DNA of 32,000 bases. Origin: Horticoccus luteus (GTDB lineage Bacteria > Verrucomicrobiota > Verrucomicrobiia > Opitutales > Opitutaceae). The translations under genes were made by a program, and so were the position numbers. Each line of letters begins with the position of its first letter. Position 1 is the stretch's first letter. The stretch lies in contig NZ_CP080507.1 in assembly GCF_019464535.1 (NCBI RefSeq), forward strand, positions 1,410,001 through 1,442,000, read 5' to 3'. The notes under the pieces are model-generated. The model was not told the DNA's origin and searched no databases. It saw only the letters and a program-made list of their open reading frames with translations. Of this stretch, positions 25,826 to 32,000 are shown one piece after another.

Positions 25826-26146
25826 TTAAAGGGGCGGATGAGTAAGGTCCGACCTGGCCCATGACAAGTATTTTTCTCCCACAGCTTCGGCGCGCACGGC
25901 AATCCATTCGGGCGTGGCGTAGGGATGCCGGCCGAGGACATGGTGTTCGAGAGCGGAGAGTTGGGCCGGGAGGCATTTGAAAACGAGGCGATATTCCGTG
26001 GTGCGCTCGACGGCACCTTCCCAGCGGTAAAGCGACTGCAAAGGGCCGTCGATCTGCACGCACGCAGCGAGGCGGGCCTCGACTGCGCTGGTAGCGAGAC
26101 GCTCCGCATCAGCGAGCCCGGCGACGGTGGTGAAGGCGAGAAACAT
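25826..26146 (-). CDS. cutA: Divalent-cation tolerance protein CutA
   Basis: A verified ATG at 26146 gives MFLAFTTVAGLADAERLA...AACVQI...SLYRWEGAVE...HPYATPEWIA, which are CutA1 signature blocks. Confidence 0.85.
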   Translation of the reverse strand: MFLAFTTVAGLADAERLATSAVEARLAACVQIDGPLQSLYRWEGAVERTTEYRLVFKCLPAQLSALEHHVLGRHPYATPEWIAVRAEAVGEKYLSWARSDLTHPPL

Positions 26147-26252
26147 AGGGGCGTTTTCGATGGGTGGAGGGGTCGGCGCAACGGCGAATTGTCGCTTGAC
26201 CGAGTGAACGTTTAAGCGTGTTGTCACCGGCTCACTATTGCCACACGCCCAC

Positions 26253-26453
26253 ATGAGAGACGACTACATCCGCGAAGCGCTCAATACCATTCAAGATCCG
26301 AACGTGCTGATCAACGTGGTCTCCCGTCGCGTCAAGCAGTTGCGCCGGGGCAACCGACCGCTGGTGGAGTCGTTGGAAAAGCTGGCGCCGGAAGATGTCG
26401 CTTTGCGCGAGATCATCGACGGGAAGATCAGCTACGACGCGGGCGAGAACTGA
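26253..26453 (+). CDS. rpoZ: DNA-directed RNA polymerase subunit omega
   Basis: The ATG at 26253 gives MRDDYIREALNTIQDPNVLINVVSRRVKQLRRG...DVALREIIDGKI, an RpoZ-like helix pattern. The gene is small. Confidence 0.7.
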   Translation: MRDDYIREALNTIQDPNVLINVVSRRVKQLRRGNRPLVESLEKLAPEDVALREIIDGKISYDAGEN

Positions 26454-26479
26454 GTCCGACAGGGGCAAATTATTCTTCG

Positions 26480-26516
26480 GGCGGCTCCGCAGTTGTCGGC
26501 GCCGCCTGTTTTGTGT
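26480..26516 (+). terminator. Putative intrinsic terminator after rpoZ
   Basis: GGCGGCTCCG-CAGTTGT-CGGCGCCGCC forms 9 bp with one mismatch. It is followed by TGTTTTGTGT. Confidence 0.45.
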
Positions 26517-26530
26517 AGGGTTCCCGCACC

Positions 26531-27007
26531 ATGGCCGCGCGCAAGACCGACGCTCAGCGTTACACCGAGATCCGCAATGCGAAGGCCTTGCGCGATTACA
26601 GCGTGGAGGAAAAGTTTGAGGCGGGCATCCAGTTGCGCGGAACGGAAGTGAAGTCGGTGCGCGCGGGGCGGGCGCAAATCAACGATGCCTTCGGCCGGGT
26701 GCAAAAGGGCGAAGTGTGGCTGATGAACATGCACATCGAGCAATATGCGTTTGGAAATATCTACAATCACGACGCCCGCCGGATTCGGAAACTGCTGTTG
26801 CATGCGCACCAAATTCGGAAAATCGCCCAAGCGCTTGATATCGGAGGAAAGTCGCTGGTGCCGCTGCGGATGTATTTCAAAGAGGGCCTCGTGAAGGTCG
26901 AAGTCGCCCTGGCTTCGGGGAAAAAGAACTTCGACCGACGCAACGATCTGAAAAAACGCGTGCAGGTGCGGGAGATTGAAAAGGCGATGAAATTGCGGCG
27001 CTCATGA
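26531..27007 (+). CDS. smpB: SsrA-binding protein SmpB
   Basis: NAKALRDYSVEEKFEAGIQLRGTEVKSVR...MNMHIEQY...NHDARRIRKLLLHAHQI...GKSLVPLRMYFKEGLVKVEVALASGKK is canonical SmpB. Confidence 0.95.
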   Translation: MAARKTDAQRYTEIRNAKALRDYSVEEKFEAGIQLRGTEVKSVRAGRAQINDAFGRVQKGEVWLMNMHIEQYAFGNIYNHDARRIRKLLLHAHQIRKIAQALDIGGKSLVPLRMYFKEGLVKVEVALASGKKNFDRRNDLKKRVQVREIEKAMKLRRS

Positions 27008-27918
27008 AACCGTCGGCGCGTGAAGCGGTGACCGTGCGGGTGCCGGGCAGCACGTCGAATTGCGGCGCTGGTTTCGATACGCTCGGACTGGCGGCGGCGT
27101 TATACAACCGGGTGACCTTGCGGCGCGAGGCGGGAACCGCAGGCCGCGCGGCGACGCCGGACCAGGCGCGGGGAACCGAAATGGCGAACGAGGCAGCCGA
27201 GGCCTTTTTCCACTGGTCGGGAAGGGCGCGGTTTGGATTTACCTTTGCGATCGAAGGCGACGTGCCGCCGGCGCGGGGCCTGGGGTCGAGCGTGACGGTG
27301 CGGGCCGGAGTGTTGGCGGGACTCGGGGTTCTGGCGGGCGCGGAATTGTCACCACACGATCTCGTCGGTCTCGTGACAGCGCTCGAAGGACACCCGGACA
27401 ATGCGGCGGCGAGCGTGCTGGGCGGGTTTTGCGTCTCGCGCTGCGACCCGGCGACCGGAGCATTTGTCGATGCCGTGAAGATTCCGGTGGCGGCTCAGGC
27501 GCGATTGGTGGTCGCGTCGCCGGAAGGCGAGATGCTGACGAAGGAGGCGCGCGGAATTTTGCCGAAGACGCTGCCGTATTTCGACGCGGTGCGCAGTATC
27601 AACAGCGCGACCTACCTCGTGGCGCTGCTCGCCACGGGAGACTACGCGCGGCTGCCGGGGAAGCTGGGGGATTTCATGCACGAACCCTATCGGTTGCCCT
27701 TGATCCGCGGGGCGGAGCCGGCGATCGAGGCGGGCGTGGCCGCGGGCGCGTGGACGGGCTGGCTGAGCGGCAGTGGTTCCAGCGTGCTGTGCATGGCAGA
27801 TGCGGCGCGGGCCGAGAGCGTGGCCGCCGCGATGCGGCGGGCGTTCGCGGCGGCCGGCGTAGCGGCGATGGCGCGGGTGCTGCGGGCCGACAATGACGGA
27901 CTGCGAATCGAAGCCTAG
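27004..27918 (+). CDS. thrB: Homoserine kinase (GHMP kinase)
   Basis: VRVPGSTSNCGAGFDTLG is the ThrB N-terminal block and PPARGLGSSVTVRAG is the GHMP motif; GHPDNAAASVLGG is also present. The ATG overlaps the smpB stop (ATGA at 27004-27007). Confidence 0.85.
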   Translation: MKPSAREAVTVRVPGSTSNCGAGFDTLGLAAALYNRVTLRREAGTAGRAATPDQARGTEMANEAAEAFFHWSGRARFGFTFAIEGDVPPARGLGSSVTVRAGVLAGLGVLAGAELSPHDLVGLVTALEGHPDNAAASVLGGFCVSRCDPATGAFVDAVKIPVAAQARLVVASPEGEMLTKEARGILPKTLPYFDAVRSINSATYLVALLATGDYARLPGKLGDFMHEPYRLPLIRGAEPAIEAGVAAGAWTGWLSGSGSSVLCMADAARAESVAAAMRRAFAAAGVAAMARVLRADNDGLRIEA

Positions 27919-28334
27919 TTTTGACGGGCGGCTTCGATGACGGGAACGGGTTCCCCCGCGGGCCAGAAGCGGACGATTTCGGAGGCGAGTTGCCGCACGC
28001 CAAATGGTTTCGGGAGGACGATTTTCAGTCCTGCAACCCGGCTCAGGGTATCCACGCAGAGCAAATCGAGGTTGCCGGTGATCATGATGAAGGGTGTGGC
28101 GGGGTGAATCGCCCGCGCCTGGGCAATGAACGCGAGGCCGTTGAGCTGCGGCATGAAGTAATCGGTGACGATGACTGCGGCATCGATGGCGGGGAGCGCG
28201 GCCAAGGCCTCCAGGGGACTGGTGTAAGCAAAGACCGGGCACGTGAGGTTTTCGCGGATAAGATCCGCCAGCAGCTGGGTGTAAGAGCGTTCATCGTCAA
28301 CGATGACGACCGCTTTCTTTGCCTCGATGCTCAC
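27915..28334 (-). CDS. Stand-alone response-regulator receiver domain (CheY-like)
   Basis: The GTG at 28334 gives (M)SIEAKKAVVIVDDERSY... Other receiver residues are VIVTDYFMPQLNG (phospho-acceptor Asp), FIMITG and VLPKPF. There is no output domain. The upstream 48 codons of the track ORF look non-coding. Confidence 0.7.
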   Translation of the reverse strand: MSIEAKKAVVIVDDERSYTQLLADLIRENLTCPVFAYTSPLEALAALPAIDAAVIVTDYFMPQLNGLAFIAQARAIHPATPFIMITGNLDLLCVDTLSRVAGLKIVLPKPFGVRQLASEIVRFWPAGEPVPVIEAARQN

Positions 28335-28441
28335 GTCAGGAAAGACTCTGGGGTAGCGGTTGGAGTTGGATGCGTAAAGCCAGAAGAACTGAACGTTGCG
28401 GTGTGACTTGTGCCCGCGACGGCGGCGCGCAAGATGCTGGC

Positions 28442-28924
28442 GTGCTGCATATCGTCCTCTTTCAACCGGAGATCGCACCCAACACGGGCAACATCGGTCG
28501 CATGTGCGCCCTGACGCGTTCGCGCCTGCACCTGATTCATCCGCTGGGGTTCGAGATCACCGACAAAAATTTGCGCCGGGCGGGGATGGATTACTGGCAT
28601 TCGCTCGATGTGCACCAGCATGCGGACTGGGCGGCGTTTCGGGCGAGCGGCGTGGCGCCGCAGCGGCTCTGGCTTTTTACGACGAAGACGACGCAGTCGT
28701 TTTGGGAGGTGCGTTATGCGGAGGGCGACGGGTTGGTGTTTGGCAGCGAAAGCGCGGGGGCGCCGGCGTGGCTGCACGAGGAAATCGGCGCGGCGCAACG
28801 GGTGACGATCCCGCACGCGAATCCGACGCTGCGCTCGTTGAACTTGAGCACGGCGGCGGGGGTGGCGTGTTACGAGGCGTTGCGCCAAGTGGGTTTGCCG
28901 GCGGCACCGGCAAGCGGCGCGTGA
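28442..28924 (+). CDS. trmL: tRNA (cytidine/uridine(34)-2'-O)-methyltransferase TrmL (SpoU/TrmH family)
   Basis: The GTG at 28442 gives (M)LHIVLFQPEIAPNTGNIGRMCALT..., which parallels the E. coli TrmL N-terminus. GSESAGAP and SLNLSTAAGVACYEALRQ are SPOUT knot motifs. Confidence 0.85.
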   Translation: MLHIVLFQPEIAPNTGNIGRMCALTRSRLHLIHPLGFEITDKNLRRAGMDYWHSLDVHQHADWAAFRASGVAPQRLWLFTTKTTQSFWEVRYAEGDGLVFGSESAGAPAWLHEEIGAAQRVTIPHANPTLRSLNLSTAAGVACYEALRQVGLPAAPASGA

Positions 28925-28943
28925 AGAGGCGTGTTTCGAAACG

Positions 28944-30245
28944 ATGAGCAGCGATCACGATTCCTATGCGGCGGTGCAGGATTATTTGTTCAGCCTGAAG
29001 GCGGCGGGAGTGCGCTTCGGCATCGATCGCATGGCAGGTCTGGCGGCGGCGCTCGGGCATCCCGAACGACAGGTGCCGGTTGTGCATGTCGCGGGGACGA
29101 ACGGCAAGGGCTCCGTCGCCGCGATGCTGGAGGCGATTTTTCGTGCGGCGGGCTGGCGCACGGGACTCTACACCTCGCCGCATCTGGTGCGGTTGGGCGA
29201 ACGCGTGCAAGTGGACCGCGTGCCGTTGAGCGAAGGAGAAATCATGGCCTACACGAGGGAACTGGAGCCGCTGGCCGAAGTGCTCGGGCGCGCAGAGGCG
29301 GACGCCCGGCCGAGCTTTTTCGAATTCATGACAGCGATGGCGTTTTTGCAGTTTGCGCGCCGGAGTTGCGACATTGCCGTGATCGAGGTCGGGATGGGCG
29401 GGCGGTTGGACGCCACCAACATCGTGACGCCGGAAGTCGCGGTCATCACATCGATCGGACTCGACCACTGCGAGCAACTGGGCGACACGGTGGAGAAGAT
29501 TGCGGCGGAGAAGGCCGGAATCATCAAGCCGGGGCGCCCGGTGGTGATCGGGCGATTGCCGGAAGGAGCGGAGAGGGTGGTGCGCGCAATCGCCGCGGAA
29601 CGCGGCGCGGCGGTGGTGTCGGTGCGCGAGGTATATGGCGACGACACCGGAAATTATCCGCTGACGAATCTCGAGGGGCGTTACCAACGATGGAACGCAG
29701 CGACGGCCGCATTGGTGGCGCGGCGGATGGACGTGCGCTGGGGATTGAGTGACGAAATCGTTGCGCGCGGCTTGCAGCAGGTGACTTGGCCGGGGCGCTG
29801 GCAGCGCACGACGCTCGGCGGAAAGCAGGTCGTGTTCGATGCGTCGCACAATCCCGAAGGGGCGGTGGCTCTGGAGGAAAATTTGCAGAGCCTCTTCGCG
29901 GGAACAGGAAGAAAGCCCGTAGTGGTGACGGGCGTGCTGGGGGCGGCGCGGGCGCGACCGTTGTTGGAGACGATTGCGCGGTATGCGCGCGAGATTCACC
30001 TCGTGCGGCCGCAGCAGGAGCGGGCCTGTTCGTGGGAGGAACTCGAGGCGTTTGTGCCGGCGACCTTCTCCGGGACGGTGCGACGCGGCACCGTCCCGGA
30101 TATTTTCCCCGGGCCGGGACAGTGTCGGGTGGGTGCCGCGGACGACGTGGTCGTCGTGACGGGTTCGATCTACCTGCTGGGCGAAATTCTGGCGCGGCTC
30201 GAGCCGGCGCGCGGCGCGAACGAAGGACGTTTGCAGGATTTCTGA
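28944..30245 (+). CDS. folC: Bifunctional folylpolyglutamate synthase / dihydrofolate synthase
   Basis: VHVAGTNGKGSVAAM (P-loop), GLYTSPHLV, IEVGMGGRLDATN, GLDHCEQLGDT and DASHNPEGA are Mur-ligase/FolC signature blocks. Confidence 0.9.
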   Translation: MSSDHDSYAAVQDYLFSLKAAGVRFGIDRMAGLAAALGHPERQVPVVHVAGTNGKGSVAAMLEAIFRAAGWRTGLYTSPHLVRLGERVQVDRVPLSEGEIMAYTRELEPLAEVLGRAEADARPSFFEFMTAMAFLQFARRSCDIAVIEVGMGGRLDATNIVTPEVAVITSIGLDHCEQLGDTVEKIAAEKAGIIKPGRPVVIGRLPEGAERVVRAIAAERGAAVVSVREVYGDDTGNYPLTNLEGRYQRWNAATAALVARRMDVRWGLSDEIVARGLQQVTWPGRWQRTTLGGKQVVFDASHNPEGAVALEENLQSLFAGTGRKPVVVTGVLGAARARPLLETIARYAREIHLVRPQQERACSWEELEAFVPATFSGTVRRGTVPDIFPGPGQCRVGAADDVVVVTGSIYLLGEILARLEPARGANEGRLQDF

Positions 30246-30327
30246 ACGACGAAAACGCGCGGGCGGCGGGCGGCGAACGCTCGACGGTCCGCGGCGGTTC
30301 GCGGCGGAAAGGAGAACGCGACGGGCT

Positions 30328-31866
30328 TTACGCGAGGGCGATAAGTTCGCGGGTCGGCGGCACGTCCTTGATGATTTGCGAGGGTTGCGGGCCGACGCCG
30401 AGGAAGCGCAGATTGGGGAGCGTCGCGGGGAGTGCACCGCCGGCGTAAGCGACGTCGATCAGCGAGCGCATCATGGCGGCGACGTAACGTTGGGCGTTGC
30501 GCGGGAGGTCGGCGAAATGGCGGACGTGGGAGACGTCTTCGGACCAGCCAGGGTGGCGCTCGTAAACGGGGCGCAGCGATTTGCGAACGGCTTCGTTGCG
30601 CGGCACGTGCGCGTAGCGTCGGCCGGCGGCATCTTCGTAGGCGGTGCAGATGAGGAGCTCGCCGCGCCATTCGCCCGCATGAGTGAGCGCGTCGAGTTTG
30701 TTGATCATCAGATCTTGAAAACCGCCGTAGCGGAGGGCGTCGCCCTTTTCCACGGCGTCATACCAGCCGACCATGCGCTGGCGGCCGGTGCTGGTGCCGA
30801 ACTCGAGTTGTTTGAGCAGCGCGGTGAGCGGATGGGCGTCATCCATCTGCGTGAGGAAGGTGTGCGTGCCGACTTTGGTGTCGTAGGCTTTGGCGACGCC
30901 GAACGTGTGGATCGGCTGCACGGGGATGTTGGCGCTCTCGAAAAATTCGGGCGTGAACGTGTGCGAGGCGGTGACGTTGGGCGAGAAGCCGTGGCGTTTG
31001 TCGAGCCAGTAGGCCTGGCCGAATTCGCCGATGATGGTGTGGCCGGCGGCGAGTTCGCGGAGGATGAGTTCGCGCACCTCGCCGATGTTTTGGGCGAGGC
31101 GTGTGCCGGCGTCCCAATAAACCGCGGTGAGTTTTTCGAGGTTGAGCGTGAAGGGTGCGTCGCCGCGGAAGGCGTGAAAATCGAAATCGGCGGCGGAGAA
31201 AAGGCCGAGCTTGATGGCGTCGCCGTTGGCGCGCGTTTCCGCGTTGGTGAGCTGGGTGAAAAAGGAATCCCACGTCGCGGGGCTGACGCGGCAGACGTGT
31301 TGAATGGTGCGGCAGGCGCGATCGGCGCGCTGCGCGAGTTTGCGGGCGAAGTAGTTCGGACCGCCGAGGAAATCGGCGAAGGTGATTTGTTGCTGGCCGA
31401 CCTCGTCGAGATAGGCGGGCGTGATGCCCCGGCCCGTGGAACCGCGCGGCTCTTCGGCGAGGACGTTGACGCGATAATCCTCCCACGCGAGGTCGAGCAA
31501 ACGGTGGGTGAGATCGGAGACGAGGGCGCGCTCGTCGATCAGGAGGCGCGAGAGCACGGCGTAGCCTTTTTGCTCCAGCGGGGTGGCTTCCCACCAGATT
31601 TTGCGCGGGTCGGCGACGACGCCGCTGCCGATGCAGAGGTGGGCGGCGTCGCGCACGACGACGCCGGCCGGGAGGAGGTTGAGCTTGATGCCGCCGGCGG
31701 TGTGGCCGGAGTTGGCGCCGCCGTTGACCTTGAGGACAACGGTCACGGGTGCGGAGGTGCCGCGCAGTTCGTCGGCGACTTCGGGGATCAGCCGGCCTTT
31801 GCCTTCATCACCGAGGGAAATGCCGACATCGGCGATGAGCTGGCTGGTAAAGGGAGTAAGCGACAT
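30328..31866 (-). CDS. Adenylosuccinate synthetase-like protein (long, divergent PurA family, 512 aa)
   Basis: A verified ATG at 31866 gives [27 protein letters not shown] (P-loop GDEGKG). It also has [33 protein letters not shown] and INKLDAL. It is about 80 aa longer than the ~430 aa I recall for canonical PurA. Confidence 0.75.
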   Translation of the reverse strand: MSLTPFTSQLIADVGISLGDEGKGRLIPEVADELRGTSAPVTVVLKVNGGANSGHTAGGIKLNLLPAGVVVRDAAHLCIGSGVVADPRKIWWEATPLEQKGYAVLSRLLIDERALVSDLTHRLLDLAWEDYRVNVLAEEPRGSTGRGITPAYLDEVGQQQITFADFLGGPNYFARKLAQRADRACRTIQHVCRVSPATWDSFFTQLTNAETRANGDAIKLGLFSAADFDFHAFRGDAPFTLNLEKLTAVYWDAGTRLAQNIGEVRELILRELAAGHTIIGEFGQAYWLDKRHGFSPNVTASHTFTPEFFESANIPVQPIHTFGVAKAYDTKVGTHTFLTQMDDAHPLTALLKQLEFGTSTGRQRMVGWYDAVEKGDALRYGGFQDLMINKLDALTHAGEWRGELLICTAYEDAAGRRYAHVPRNEAVRKSLRPVYERHPGWSEDVSHVRHFADLPRNAQRYVAAMMRSLIDVAYAGGALPATLPNLRFLGVGPQPSQIIKDVPPTRELIALA

Positions 31867-32000
31867 GGTTGGCGTGGCAACCGAAGTCAGAGGACCCCTG
31901 TTGCCGACAAGGGAAAAGGCGAGTGCGGGAGCGAGCGCAAACAAAAATACCCGTGGTGACGCGCGCAGCCGCGCGGCCCACCGGCGGGGCGAATGATGGG

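Noticed and set aside
26454-26530. I looked for tmRNA (ssrA) or another structured RNA next to smpB.
   Set aside because: The spacer is only 77 nt and is accounted for by a terminator-like hairpin. I found no tRNA-like acceptor/T-arm or tag-reading-frame features here, nor downstream of thrB.
1-32000. I looked for a mobile element, genomic island or defence island: integrase, transposase, tRNA attachment site, flanking direct repeats, CRISPR, toxin-antitoxin pairs.
   Set aside because: I could recognise none of these gene types or repeat structures. Base composition and codon style look uniform by eye across the window. Proper GC-skew and k-mer analysis would be needed to exclude ancient horizontal acquisition of the DUF1302 cluster.

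Overview
This is a densely coding, visibly high-GC bacterial chromosomal segment (GC looks mid-60s % or higher, not computed). I support 30 protein-coding genes and 3 intrinsic-terminator-like hairpins. I saw no rRNA, tRNA, CRISPR array, transposase or integrase. G/C-ending codons, weak Shine-Dalgarno signals and a ~51-aa small basic protein of the kind I associate with Chlamydiae/Verrucomicrobia suggest a PVC-superphylum (Opitutae-like) organism; this is inference only.

Gene content, left to right:
- 1-438: the 3' part of an Mpg/AAG 3-methyladenine glycosylase gene.
- 424-9973, all on the minus strand: AI-2E transporter, small Zn-ribbon membrane protein, fused exonuclease-ATP-dependent DNA ligase, Lhr-Core-like DEXH helicase, PdeM metallophosphoesterase, DUF3108 protein, GT9 glycosyltransferase.
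- 10065-16739: a four-gene cluster of DUF1302, DUF1329, a Ycf48/BNR-like beta-propeller and an RND/MMPL transporter.
- 16995-20126: uvrA, carrying an unusual in-frame insertion of about 90 aa.
- 20134-31866: housekeeping and miscellaneous genes (LapA-like, Xi-class GST yqjG, DUF72, YihY/BrkB, glycine-zipper lipoprotein, DedA, small basic protein, cutA, rpoZ, smpB, thrB, orphan receiver domain, trmL, folC, a long PurA-like protein) plus two orphan hypotheticals.

I do not see a clear-cut new system. The best candidates for follow-up are:
- the single-polypeptide Exo-Lig fusion inside the ligase-associated repair cassette, and that cassette's tight coupling to envelope genes;
- the poorly characterised DUF1302/DUF1329/propeller/RND cluster;
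- the repeat-containing insertion in UvrA.

The many long alternative-frame and antisense ORFs in the track are high-GC artefacts.
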